Assembly: GCF_964188315.1 (NCBI RefSeq)
Contig: NC_135659.1
Coordinates: forward strand, 54,622,001-54,686,000
Direction: 5' to 3'
DNA from: Podarcis muralis
Taxonomy: Eukaryota
Length of the DNA: 64,000 nt
A model generated the notes under the pieces. The model did no database searches and was not told where the DNA came from. It saw nothing but the letters and a program-made list of their open reading frames with translations. Shown one piece after another: positions 27,386-39,497 of the stretch (position 1 is its first letter; each line of letters begins with the position of its first letter). The translations under genes were made by a program, and so were the position numbers.

Positions 27386-27630
27386 CCGTCTCAGAGTATA
27401 GAAGAGAAACGATGTGAGGTGAAAGAACTCATGATGCTGCCTCTTCTGCCAATGTGCTGTCCTCTACTCTGAAAATATGAGAACCAGCAGGTTGGGAGTG
27501 TGTGTGTGTTCATTGATAGGAGGAAGGTCATTTTAGCTACAGGTCAGAAAACAACTCATTTTTAACCTCACGTAAATCATCCCATGGACCCTAATCTAGC
27601 ACAGGCAGTACTGTCAGGCATATCAATTTT

Positions 27631-27722
27631 AGCTTTATAGATTTATATAGCTTTATAGATTTATATAGCTTTATAGATTTATATAGCTTTATAGATTTTA
27701 TTTAGCTTTATAGATTTTATTT
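27631..27722. repeat. 18-bp minisatellite (AGCTTTATAGATTTATAT) x ~5
   Basis: Three perfect units (27631, 27649, 27667) and two degenerate units. Confidence 0.95.
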
Positions 27723-28298
27723 TATACACTCACAGCCATGTTCACTCTTGCATGAAGCTTTATGAATGAGCATGGGTTACTGTTCACCCAGAAAAAATAC
27801 TGATAAGAGTGCTAAAATGCACCGTTACCCAAAATTTGCTGATGGCTGAAGATTAGCAAATGTGGCATCAGTTCCCCAGAACATAGACACAGCTTCCATA
27901 CCAAGAACTTGTGGAAAACAGAAATGTCTAAAACAACGTAGGGCCTGGGTCCAAAAAGCCGTGGGAGAAAGGGGTAAAAGCAGGACCCAATATACAACCT
28001 CTTCTACAGCAGCTTCTATATGCACTTAACAAGAGCTCCAGATGCACATCCCGACTACTTTAGTTGCTCACTGGGTAACTATGAGAGAGAAAGGGGCATA
28101 AGCGGAAGTATGACTTTAGAATTTGAACAATTATACTACTCAATGAGGCACAATGCCTCATTTTGGTTTCAGATTGGTCATTCTGAAATAGCACTGCACA
28201 GGGTTGGCCCACCTAACTTGGCTGGCAGGGTCCATCTCCTCAGGCTGAACAAGTTTGCAATCACTCCTTTAAGTCTCTTACACTTTTTATTGATCCAG

Positions 28299-28415
28299 AA
28301 AACTCCCTACTGTGTGCCTACTCATCTTGCACAGCAACGAGACCCCTGGAATCGACTACATGGAACACCTACGCTAGCAAGCATCAGAAGAGAAATCTGG
28401 TATACAGAACCTGAG
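28299..28415 (+). CDS. CFAP276: CFAP276 coding exon 2
   Basis: ccag|KTPYCVPTHLAQQRDPWNRLHGTPTLASIRREIWYTEPE|gtaaaa, phase 0/0. Matches human PTHLAQQQEPWSRLNSTPT. Confidence 0.95.
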
Positions 28416-28635
28416 GTAAAAATATTCACCTGATGCTACCATCCTTTGCTTGTGTTGCAAGGCTCTTTTTGCTTTGCCCTCAATCGAAATAGGTTGGCTT
28501 TCATGCACTGTCAGCTTTGCTTTTAAATGGGCTACACTTTGACCCCTCAACACCTATAGTTGCACTGTGTACTTAAAGCAGACTTATAAAAACATCAATA
28601 CTGATTTCCCCATCCCTTCTTAAACCCATGGCTAG

Positions 28636-28751
28636 GTTTCCAAAGACAGTCTCGATTTTAACCTCAGTGCTCTGTACAATCACCACAAAGACCTGCTTAA
28701 AGACAAGAGCAAGGTAGTTCTCCATAAGGAGACCCTATTTGATGACCATGG
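28636..28751 (+). CDS. CFAP276: CFAP276 coding exon 3
   Basis: ctag|VSKDSLDFNLSALYNHHKDLLKDKSKVVLHKETLFDDHG|gtaagt, phase 0/2. Matches human DDLDFRLAALYNHH. Confidence 0.93.
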
Positions 28752-29297
28752 GTAAGTGGAATTCATTGTTCTTGTAGAATTAAGCAAACAGCATGACTCT
28801 CCACAGAACTTGCACGAGCCAAAGGTGCAACGTGTAGCTATGAGGCAGGTTGTTTCCGTACTTTACTGAAAACATTTCTTCATCTATGTGCAGATGAGAC
28901 ACACCATTCTCCTGCCACAGTATACAACACAAAAACAGTGCAGGAAGTGCTTCTGCTTTGGCTTGTATTGCATGGGTATCCCATATCTTATCCATCTGCA
29001 CTTGCAATAATAGGCAAGTGCAGACAATGCTGAAGCAAGCAGCTTTGCACTGCACACTGGAAACCCAAGCCAGTGAATATTACCTTGGCAAAATATGGGT
29101 CTCTACTTACTTAGCACTCTATATTGTCTTGGGGTGCTTCTCAGTGAGAGCACATCTAAAGATCTTAAATCACTTTAATGCTTACAGATATATAAAAAAA
29201 ATCATACTCCAATGCAAAAAATATGGAAGTGATGGCCTCTGCCCAGAATTTATTACTTTCTTGCATGTTAATGCATGTTCTCACTCTTGTTTTTGAG

Positions 29298-29431
29298 ACA
29301 ATTGAAGGGTTTAGAGCCTGTGAAGGAACGCACAGCACTTTCGATTCAGCAGCCTACTTCCAAGGGTATATCTGTGAGACATTGGGTCAACCCAGTAAGA
29401 GAGTCAATCCACAACATTGAAGGAGCTATTG
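29298..29431 (+). CDS. CFAP276: CFAP276 coding exon 4
   Basis: tttttgag|...SKGISVRHWVNPVRESIHNIEGAI|gtaagc, phase 2/1. Matches human IRHWINPKKESIHSIQGSI. Confidence 0.92.
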
Positions 29432-30033
29432 GTAAGCACAAGTTGCAGACATTCATTTTACCTCTCCTAAAGAGAGGAGTAAGAACATAAATCCAGTGAC
29501 CAGCTCGTGTTCAGCAAATCTAACTCCTACCTAGATACCCTACTCTCCCAGGTCCTTTTAATTATTTTGAATATCAAGCTTCTTTTATTTACATTATCTA
29601 ATCATTATTCTTCAACCTATCCCTGTGTTAAAAACTAATGCATTCAGAGTAGATATACTTTTAAAATCAGGGCGATGAAAGCTCCTCTACGTTTATATTC
29701 TGCTTGAGAAACCACTGAAATGAATGGTGTGGATCACACTTTAAACTAGACTGGAGAAAAGTCTTCAAAAACATTGTTGGCCACTAATTGATAAGAAATT
29801 TAGAGCTAAGCAGAACACGTGTAGGTTTTGTGCATTCATTTAGATCTCCATTTTTTTCTGTTATGCTGCTTAACATCATCTGGAAACTTTTGAATTGATG
29901 GTTTTCAATTTACCACAAGAAATTAAGAGCCTCCTCTTAAATTGATGTGTGGTAGTATTTAGAGCTCTGATTGGAAAATTTCTCAGTGTATGGAATACTC
30001 AGAAAAAGTTGACTGTGACTTTTGTCTTTTCAG

Positions 30034-30104
30034 AGTCTCATCACACTGCAGCCACTAACAGTGGATACTCACGCAAAGAGAATGGTGGGATCTTCTACCA
30101 CTAA
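30034..30104 (+). CDS. CFAP276: CFAP276 terminal coding exon
   Basis: ttttcag|ESHHTAATNSGYSRKENGGIFYH*. Matches human SPHTAATNGGYSRKKDGGFF. The five exons total 519 nt = 172 aa + stop. ATTAAA at 30204-30209. Confidence 0.95.
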
Positions 30105-30635
30105 GAGTTTTGCATGGCCATGATGCTGCTTCTGTCCTTCCAGCCTGTGTTTACGTGTACCTGAGTTAAGTCTTCAATGTTTGCTTTCATTTTAGGATCC
30201 TTGATTAAACCACCCAGCTTCACTGAATTCTAGTAGCAGCACATCTATACTGTTCCCCAGTACTGTACTTGAGAGGAACAAACTGCTTCTTGCCTATGAG
30301 CAAAGTCCAAGTTATCAGGCCTAGTAAATCCAGAGATTTTGGTTAGGAATTGAATCAGTTAATCTGAAATGAAGTCCTAAAAGGATAGCATTCAGAAACT
30401 ATTACTTTAGGCAGGCAGTGCACTCTCACAATGAAAGATGCAAAGGTTAAACTGCTGTAAAAGCCGTTTCTCTACTAATTCAGGCGGCTAGCTAGTTTCA
30501 CTATGTTTAAAAAGGACACTGCACATATGGACAGGAATGCCCATCTTTATTACTAGTGAGTCTTGATTACTACTGAGTCTTGGCTACGCAAACAAGTCCA
30601 AGAGCTGAACCCTTACAGAATTAAAGCCAATAGTA

Positions 30636-30866
30636 CAGTGGTACCTCGGGTTACGAACTTAATTCGTCCCGGAGGTCCATTCTTAACCCAAAACAGTTCT
30701 TAACCTGAGGTGCGGTTTCACTAATGGGGCCTCCTACTGCCGCCCTGCGACTTCCGCTCACATCCTGGGGCAAAGTTCACAACCAGGAGCATGTACTTCC
30801 AGGTTAGTGGAGCTCATTACCTGAAGTGTTCATAAGGAGGATGGTACATAACCAGAAGTTCCACTG
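30636..30866. mobile_element. Tc1/mariner-type MITE, copy 4 (diverged, inverted)
   Basis: TA-CAGTGGTACCTCGGGTTACGAACTTAATTCG ... TTCCACTG-TA. Confidence 0.75.
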
Positions 30867-31629
30867 TATGTTTAACATTCAAGAAAAAATACACTCAAAT
30901 GAGAACAGGCCAATTATTTCTCAATTTAGCCTAGCAAGCAGTCTCCCTAAGTATGTCTTCCTCCTCTCGACTCCAAAAGCACATGAAAATACTGACAGGT
31001 AGAAGGAATTGTAGATTCCCTTTGTCATTTTGAGAGCTTAAATTTTGAGTCTTAGGGGAGGCCTGCTTTCTGTAATTTTAACCACCAGAGGCCATTTTAA
31101 TTGTTACTGTATTATCAGCCTCCACATGGTGGCAATAACTTGAGAAGCAGCCCTATGACACGGGCACAGCTTGGGAAACATTGCACGACTCCACAGAAGG
31201 AACCACGCAACATGCAAGCATCATGAACTCTTTGAACAGAGCCTGCAAGTGTCCGTTGACAGCACAAGGAAGAGGCTTATGGCACCTTAAGGACTTAAAG
31301 AGCTTTCTTGGACTACAACCCATCTCACCATCAGTCCATTAGATGGAATGAAGTCTGGGCGGGGGGGGGGGGGGAGCATGCCAGAATTAATTGTTCCAAG
31401 TTGTTTTCGCACCGCGAATTTCATTAGCATTTATTGGGAAGGCCTTTTCAGGAAAGCCAGCAGCCTTGTGCGAGGGACGGGGATGGAGAGCGGGAGGCGT
31501 TGTCGCAGCAAAGGAAGACTCCTTTGTTCCTGCCTCAGGCGGAGCTGCTGCGGTTGAGCCGGATCAGAATCGCTCCGATACACATTGGCCAGGAGGAGGG
31601 GGAAGGGAACCCCCCCCCCCGCAGCCTCC

Positions 31630-31960
31630 AGCCTCGTCTATCTGATCAGTTCATCACCTCCGGCTTAAAACGGCCGCCCGCTCGCTTCACCTGCTTCACT
31701 GCACAGCGCCCGAGGGCTTCGCAGGGAGAAGGGTTCTTCTCATCTCAGGCCTGGGAAGGCGGCAACATCCCGGCCCGATCAAATAAGATCAACGTGTAAA
31801 TGAGGGAAAGAGGTGCCGTAGCGCAGGGGCTCCACACGCGCGCCACTCAACCCACGCACACGCCTCACGCAGCGCACGTACCTCCTAGCATCCCCACACA
31901 TACCTTCCGCGCCCCACCACAGCCACACACCACTCGCTCTGCCCCTGGCTACTCTCTGAA
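31630..31960 (-). ncRNA. SCARNA2: scaRNA2 (mgU2-25/61) orthologue, C/D-box small Cajal body RNA
   Basis: Plus strand 31784-31798 TAAGATCAA(c)GTGTA equals U2 nt 22-35 with one bulge; the D' box TTGA at 31782-31779 puts the +5 nucleotide on U2 G25. Plus strand 31639-31646 TATCTGAT equals U2 58-65 (C61). C'-box GTGATGA at 31657-31651; GU-rich 5' segment about 31830-31935; upstream TATA; syntenic position between TMEM167B and CFAP276. Ends are approximate. Confidence 0.92.
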
Positions 31961-31986
31961 GAAGCTCCTCACGCCCCGCCTCCGGC

Positions 31987-31993
31987 TTTTATA
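31987..31993 (-). promoter_or_regulatory. TATA box of scaRNA2
   Basis: TATAAAA on the minus strand about 30 bp upstream of the GU-rich RNA 5' region. Confidence 0.8.
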
Positions 31994-32005
31994 CCCCTGC
32001 CCCGT

Positions 32006-32018
32006 TGCATGATGGGAA
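32006..32018 (-). promoter_or_regulatory. Staf/ZNF143-binding site (SBS) of the scaRNA2 promoter
   Basis: TTCCCATCATGCA fits the YYCCCANNATGC SBS consensus. GC boxes follow at about 32074-32081 and 32092-32100. Confidence 0.7.
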
Positions 32019-35000
32019 CCGCGCAGATCGCGTTCTCGCGGTCCCTGCTGAGTGCCCCGCCTCTTTCGAGTCACCCTCAACTATCAAGAGAGGGGCGGGG
32101 TTTGTGGATTCGCAGACCCTGTTCGCTTATGTTTCCCTGTGGAAGTATCCCCAACCCTGGAGATTCCGGGGTGGAAGTGGGGAAGTTTCCTGAAGGAAAT
32201 CGGGGTGACATTCAGAATTGTGGCGTAATCTGTGGCTGGGCAGCGGCTTGTGTTCCCTCCCAGCCCTCCAAAAAAGCCGTAAAACTTGGAAGCGCTCGGG
32301 CTGCTTACAGAATGATTCCCCCATCGCTTCGCCAGCTGCTGTTACCACCGAGAGCAAAATAACTGACCTTTGTGGGAATAAAGTTATGGTAGACAAGCTA
32401 GCCACCTGCAGATTCGCTGCCCTGCATTTTTGCTGGAGACTCGGGGGCAAACTTTAGAAATCTTTTTCTTCTTCGTCCATTGCCATGCTACCGAGAGGAA
32501 AGCCATGGTCCGGGTTATCCTTGCATCCAAAACCAGCTTGTGATTCGTCTCCCATACAACGCTTGGCTTTGGGCCATGGTTTGTCTGGAGCAAGAAAGCC
32601 CTGTTTTATTTCCAAGCACACACTCTCTCTCTCTTGTTCACTTAGCCATTGTTTGCCTTAGCTGCAAGAACTGGGCTTGCTTTCACTATTACAAGAGATA
32701 CAAACATAATCAGAACAAAAGTCCCATTATGTTATATAAAATTGGTTTCCTAGTAAATTCTAATAATAAATGTACTTGGGCTTGTGGCTGAAGTCTCTGT
32801 AATAACAGTAAAATATATTAGAAGCTACGGCTGTTTTCATATCCATTCCTGCAGAATAACACTTTCCAATTATCCACAACGGGAAATGGAAAAAGACCCA
32901 CTGCATAAAGAGCTGAGGGGCTATAAGTGAACACTTAAATGGTATGCAGTGCAATATTTCATTTGCTATAACTAGAGTTACAATTCTAACTATACTCACT
33001 CTACTAAATTTAGAAGCCCTGGTTTAGTATTATGAGATATTCCAAAACTCTGAAAAGGTTTTCCATATCCTCCTGAAATCTGCCTCCAGGAACACTAAAA
33101 CCCTCCAGAACAAATTTTGAGGGCACACAAAGGGCTGTCAAAGGGGCAAAGAAAGGTAGAGACCATTTTGATCGTGCATGGACATCTTTAGGTATAACTC
33201 ATAGAATTGGGCAGTGCAGTGCTAGCTTTTCAATGGAAGGGCAGATGGAATAACACCAAAATAAAGAACATACAGACGGCCTCCAATGGTGAACCGAGGA
33301 TGGTTTATTTGCCCAATATATTTCTAGCTTGTTGACTCTCTCAGAGGCAGCTTTTACTCTTGTAAAAGCAAACAAACCAGAATATCAAAAATATGTGCTA
33401 TCACCATCAGGAATGCACATTTGAGGTCTCTTCTCAATATTCTTGCATTATTTTAGTAAAAAAAAAAGAGTTTAAAAATAATTTTAAGGTAGTACACATT
33501 AATTGCCTAACACCCTTTACATACTCACCTTCTCCTGCTAACAATTAGTTTCAGCTTAGGACCTGCCCTTTCAATGTATGCTTATGTGTGAAGTTGACAT
33601 TCCACTCCATGCAAGAAATCAGGAGTATAAAGTCAAGCAATAAAAGCTTTTCAAGAGTAATAGAATGGCTCACACAATGATCTTGGTCCACTCTCCCAGC
33701 CTGAACTACATTACAGGGTTCTTGTGGAGAACATGCTTGTCATACTGAGCTCACAGAGGAAGGCTAGAATAAAGATTTGATAAAAGAGATACATAGTGAT
33801 CATACTGATTTTACAAACCACACTATGCAACATGAATGACATGATAGCTTAAGCCACAATACAACTGTTAGTCTTTAAGGTGTTAAAGGCTATTTAACTA
33901 GATGGAATTCAATATGTTGAGCTACAAAAACCAAGATTTTTTTTTTTTAAAGTACAGACATATTTAGGGATGCTCTCACTGCTGTATCAATTCATGCTCC
34001 CTTGAAGTGAACATGTCTTGAATTTCTTGAAAAAAAAATTCATGAGTAAAGATTCCAATAAGCTTTCCTGATATATTGGTTGAAAACTGAACAGAAAATA
34101 CAGGTGCAGCTGAACACTAGAGCACTGTGAAGAAAACAGAAAAACACCATCTATTCCCATTTTTATATAATGTTCTATTTACTTTTTCAGCAGTTCACTA
34201 AACACATGCCTACAGTATAATTGTGCACATAACCTTTTCACACAGTGGCAAAGGCTGCCAATTTCCCTTTACCAAGAGATTTGGGGAAGCTTTAACCCTC
34301 CAGATGTTGTTGAACTACAACTCTAATTATCCCTAGCCATTGCCCATGTTTGCTGGGTTTGATGGGAGTTGCAGTTCAGCCTGGTGTGCCAACACCTAGG
34401 GGTGGAGGGGGTCTTCACCCCCCTCAATATTTGCTGGGAACTTCCCTTGATGTTGGGAAGTTGGAGGAAGCCAACTGCAACACTGTTCAATGGCTAGCTC
34501 CTCCTGAGTGCAAGGGAGGAAGTCATGCCGCTCTGGGCTCCCCCTCAGCCTCCTCCCAACAATGTGATGTCACACACATACATTGTGCATCTGACATCAC
34601 ACACGCATGACACATCAGGCACAAGTTCATTAACATCTGGAGGACAAAATTATTCCAACACCTGTCTTACAGATTCTGCACCTCTTGAAACAGGCTTACT
34701 GGATAGGTGGCTCTTCAATTTATATTTCCCTTTCTTGCATTTTTATGCAAGGAAAATTAGAATCAAAGCAGTATGCTAGGAAAACTATTTTTCCTGTAAC
34801 TTTAACTGCTTGGAAACTCACACAATATTGACAACTCAACAGCATTTTCTGTTAGCAGATCAAAATGATTTTGTACATAGCATGGCTTTGTTCATAAAGT
34901 ATCACACTTTTTTACTAGGGTTAAATTTTGCAAGAGTACCAAAACGTTACATTTTCTTAAGTGCACCAAACAGATCTATTTCAGTTATGCTTTCATCCTT

Positions 35001-35666
35001 ATAAAAATACTTGCAAAACCACAACCCATGGCATCATGACTCCTTTGGCATGGTTTCTCTCAAGTTGGACACACAAAATATATTGGGAAATGTAAATTCT
35101 AATGTAATATTAAACTACTTTTTTTTAAATGTCATGAATTATTATATAGCACCATTAGTATAAAAATACTGTGTTTTCTAAAAGCCTGACAAGCTGAATG
35201 CTGTGTTCAATTCCTACACTTCATGTCCTCTCAGAAGGAAAGAATAGGAGTAAAGGAAGACAGGATATTTCAGATTTGTCCCTGGCACATTTATGGAACA
35301 CTCCCAGCAACAGCAGTCTTTGCTTCTTGGTTAAGATTTTTGGTTGGTGTTGTGATTTACACATCCCCAGAACATGTACGTATTAACTAAACTTGTTATT
35401 ATGGGTTCTCAATCTCTTGTAAAGTTACTTACATTCCTTGGGGAAAACAGAACTAGAAAGCAAATTATCATCTTTACAAGGATTTAAGGCCCAAATCTTT
35501 CCCCCAGTCACTAGATAAATATAGGTATTTGGTTTACATAGCAGAAATCAGAATACTGATTAGCAGGCAAAGAAAAAACTTGCCTTATTTGCAGCACTGC
35601 ATCCTAAACTGCAGCAGAAATGTTTGGATAATAGTACTGTTTTATCACTTAGTAGATATAACTGAT

Positions 35667-36045
35667 ACGCGGGTGGCACTGTGGTCTAAACCACTGAGCC
35701 TCTTGGGCTTGCCCATCAGAAGGTCAGCTGTTAGAATTCCCGCAACGGGGTGAGCTCCTGTTGCTCAGTCCCAGCTCCTGCCAACCTAGCAGTTTGAAAG
35801 CACACCATAAGTGCAAGTAGATAAATAGGTACTGCTCTGGCGGGAAGGTAAACGGTGTTTCCGTGCGCTGCTCTGGTTTCGGTGTTCTGTTTTGCCAGAA
35901 GCGGCTTAGTCATGCTGGCCACATGACCTGGAAAAACTGTTTGTGGACAAACACCGGCTCCCTCAGCCTGTAAAGCGAGATGAGCACCACAAGCCCAGAG
36001 TCGTCTGCGACTGGACTTAACTGTCAGGGGTCCGTTACCTTTTTT
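35667..36045 (+). mobile_element. Sauria SINE, subfamily A
   Basis: CGCGGGTGGCACTGTGGTCTAAACCAC head, GCAAGTAGATAAATAGGTAC core, GTCAGGGGTCCGTTACCTTT tail. Confidence 0.92.
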
Positions 36046-37632
36046 AGATACAATTTTATTTGTTCTGTATTGCATTGAGTCTGCTTTTATACTTATTTTG
36101 AAGTTGAAAACATATTAATTTTAGTATCAGAAAACCACTCTCAAATCAAATACCACTCTAAACAGGAATTGAACATTATGTGAGCACTAAACTAGGTTTT
36201 TGCTTTCTCAGTTCCCTGGAACATGCAGCTGGTAGAATTCATTCATATTCCTTCAGTTCCCACCCATGAAAATAAGAAATAAAATGTCAAGAGGCTATTA
36301 GATACAAAGTATGGGGAAGAAAAATAAGGCAGGTTTATTCACACACATACTTCTGAAATACCCAAAGGCCCAGTTAGGGCTCCAGTGTACTTCTTGCCAA
36401 TTTATAAAAATGTGGTAAGAGACAGTTCCTGTCTGTGATGACATACAAACTTGCCTTTTCAGTTTTATACAAACTATGGATTTAAAAAAAATATGCCCCA
36501 GTCCTGAAGTTACTTGTGAATTTCTCTCCATCAAGTGTTTTCAACATTGAAAACTTAAAATAAAACATGCACTTTTACTGCTTCTACTATAGCTGCTTCT
36601 ACTCTAGATGATGACCTCCTATAATGTAAGGACAAGGTTAAAAGGGAGAACAATTCAAATAAGGACAGTGAAGAAGAAAAAGAACATAAAAGGGTATCAT
36701 TTAAAAAAGGAAGCAAACATAAATCTTTCACCTTTAAACTCTATACACTTTCCAAAATATACAAGTTACGATCTTTAAATGTAATTTAAACATTTTAACA
36801 TCTATTAACTTATGTAACAGCATATGTCCCCATTGCTTTCTCCTACACAGCAACATCCAAAAACTGGGTATGTTTGAATTGTTGTCAATTGTTAATTGTG
36901 TGCTACAGAACTTGCAGCATTTCAGCCATTCTTGGCTGTTTGCAAGAGGTGGTAAGGCTGTTAATTACGGTATGCCAAGGTGGTGCGAATATATCACCAA
37001 ACAGCATTTTATTTCCTTTGTGATTCAGATTGTTTTTTCCTTCAAGGGTAAAAAGTGCATAAACACTTCTTTGAACTGTGCAAAGATTTTACTCTATTAC
37101 TAGCTAGTTTACCATATCCAGTTACTAATTTTTATGATAGCTTTATCCTCCAATCTTAAAAGTGCATTAATAAAAGAAAAAAAGCCAATGAAAGCAAAAT
37201 CCACACCTGTACTTTGCTGTTCATTATTACATTTTTGGGATTTAGAGCAATTCCCTTTAAAACACCAGGAATGCAAATCCTTCCCCCCTCTATACTGTGC
37301 CAGACTCTGGAAACATAATTATTCACTTCCATTTGCCACAAACTTTGATGGTTTTCCTTGTGCAGATTGTAATATTGATTTAAAGAATCTGCACATAAAA
37401 CAATCTTTGTTGATCATTTTCAAGCTTACTAGAAGCACAGAGGATGGTTGCTGTTATAAAAGCCACTCCCTTGGTCTCAAAAAAGGCTTGGTCATGGAAG
37501 AATTTCCCCTTGACATCTGTGCAGGGTTCTGTGTCAGTTCCTCTAAGAGATATTTTGTCCTCTGAAGCAAAAGAGATATGCCTTCTTTAGCATCTTCATT
37601 CAAACAACACTGTCCATCTGAAGTGCTGAGAT

Positions 37633-37715
37633 TCATTTTATAAAGAGGACATAAAAAGCCATTACAATGCAGGATATTGCCACTGCTGCATGGAGTCTAG
37701 TACCAATCACTGCCG
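37633..37715 (-). CDS. TMEM167B: TMEM167B terminal coding exon
   Basis: ttttccag|(A)[26 protein letters not shown], nearly identical to the human kish-B C-terminus. Confidence 0.97.
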
Positions 37716-38483
37716 CTGGAAAACAAAAGAGACATTTACACATTTACAAGTTGTAACAGTATAGAGCACACATTACCTCTTCGAATTTTTGTGAGAATTA
37801 AGCATAAGCACTAGATTGTCTTTATTACCACATAAACTAAAGCAAGGACATCAAACTCAACTATGCTGGAAATCCAAATTCCCCACCAAGTAATTGCCTA
37901 GTGACAATATTAGTAATGGTTAATGGGGATGGGGAGAGATGCAAATTCTGTCTGAACTGAACAGTAAGAAGTTCTACCTCACCGAGTACCATACTTGTTG
38001 CTTACCACTTACTAAGTTCTGTTCTACTGAAGTTAGTATTTTTCTTACAGCAGCCTTAACAATTTTGTTTGCTCTTAAGAAATTAAATGAAGCTGAGAAC
38101 CAAGATTTATTATGCACTTGCCCTGTTGTAACCTAGAGATCCTAGGAACAAGAGGTTCCCCACGTCCCTCAAAAAACCAGCTATCAAAACTCACCATAGA
38201 ACAAATCATCAAACCCCCACTCTCTGAAGCAACCAATCATATAAACAAGCCTGTTGTGATGCATCCCAACTCACAATGCAGACGCTTCCTAAGCTTAACT
38301 CCATTCTACCAACTGTCAGGAACATTTCCTTGAAGGTTTGTTTGTTCGTTTAACATTTTATAGCATGAAATAGGCAAAGAAGTTCCTCCTCTCCTGGCAG
38401 TTTGGGAAGGCTGCCCAGACTTGTTCCCACCCATTTCGCCTTCCCTCCCGGTTGAGCCCTGGGGTTGAGAGCGAGAGGCTTAC

Positions 38484-38615
38484 CTTTGTAGAATACCCCC
38501 CAGACGCCCCTCTTCTCCGAGAGCAGCCAGACTTTCAGCCGAGGCACCTTCCGGAAGTAGGCGCAGGTGCACACGAAGAGCAACCCGAACACCAGCAGCC
38601 CGTCCAGCGAATACA
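38484..38615 (-). CDS. TMEM167B: TMEM167B coding exon 2
   Basis: ttgcag|(V)[43 protein letters not shown]|gtaagc, phase 1/1. Confidence 0.97.
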
Positions 38616-38868
38616 CTGCAAGGGAAGAGAGACAGAGAGGCCGTCTTGAGTCAGGGCCTCCCGACTCTTAAGGGTGGCGGGCAGCGGGGGGGGGGGCGTC
38701 TAGCGAAGAAGCCCCCGGGCCAGCCTCTGGCCCTCGCCCCGAGGGCGACGCCCCGCGCTGGAAGGTGGGGGTGGCAGTTAGTCAGGGAGGAGGAACGAGG
38801 CGCAGGGTCACTTTGCGGGACAGCCCCCGCCCGCTGAGGCAAACCCCCACCCCACACCCCCGTCTCAC

Positions 38869-38878
38869 CGTTAGCCAT
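38869..38878 (-). CDS. TMEM167B: TMEM167B coding exon 1 (ATG GCT AAC G)
   Basis: MAN then |gtgaga. Exons total 10+132+83 = 225 nt = 74 aa + stop, the same length as human TMEM167B. Confidence 0.93.
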
Positions 38879-39232
38879 GACGGAAACCCGCAAGGCCCAG
38901 ACCAGGTCTCGTCACCGCATCGCCCAGAATGAACGAACGGCCAGCGCGGCACCGGAACTTCCAGTGCCGCCAATAGAGCTCCGGCGATGGAGCGCTCTCT
39001 ATGGTTCGCCTCTTCCTAGAAAGGTGGGTGCGCTTGTCGCGGCGCCAAGGCAGCACTAGCAGAAGGACGGCTGGTCGATTTGTTTCGAGAGCGCCGTGGC
39101 TTGTCAGCGGCGGGTCTCGCGACCGGATTTCCTGCTGTCTTGTGTTTTCGTGCTGTCTTTTGTTTGAAAAGGCAGTGCAAAAATCCGGGACTGTGTTGTT
39201 GAAGGGCTGTTTGGCAGCCACACGTCTTACCC

Positions 39233-39285
39233 TTCTCCTTCTTCTTCTTCTTCTTCTTCTTCTTCTTCTTCTTCTTCTTCTTCTT
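39233..39285. repeat. (CTT)n trinucleotide microsatellite
   Basis: Long CTT run immediately upstream of the TMEM167B CpG island. Confidence 0.95.
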
Positions 39286-39497
39286 TTAAAGGGGGGGGGT
39301 AGTATTTTAAACTCGATTTTCTTGTGGGATGCGAACATGTGAATGGGGCGGACTCACCTTTATTCTAGCTTTTTTTTCTTAATCGCCCTGCAGATGATTC
39401 TGTACTAGCAGAAAAATAAACTGCTCAATACTGTTATAATTTTCTTATAGCTAATGCGGGGAGCGACGCTTACAACAACCCTGCCATGCAGTCCAGT

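Larger units (their letters stand above)
38380..39130. promoter_or_regulatory. CpG island / TMEM167B promoter
   Basis: Dense CpG, ETS-like CCGGAA motifs and TCTCGCGA (39115-39122) upstream of the ATG. Confidence 0.8.

Noticed and set aside
31348-32457. Cluster of GC-rich ORFs around 31.3-32.5 kb
   Set aside because: Explained by scaRNA2 and its promoter; no protein homology.
38871-39342. Poly-Arg (minus) and poly-Leu (plus) ORFs
   Set aside because: Products of the (CTT)n microsatellite and the TMEM167B CpG island.
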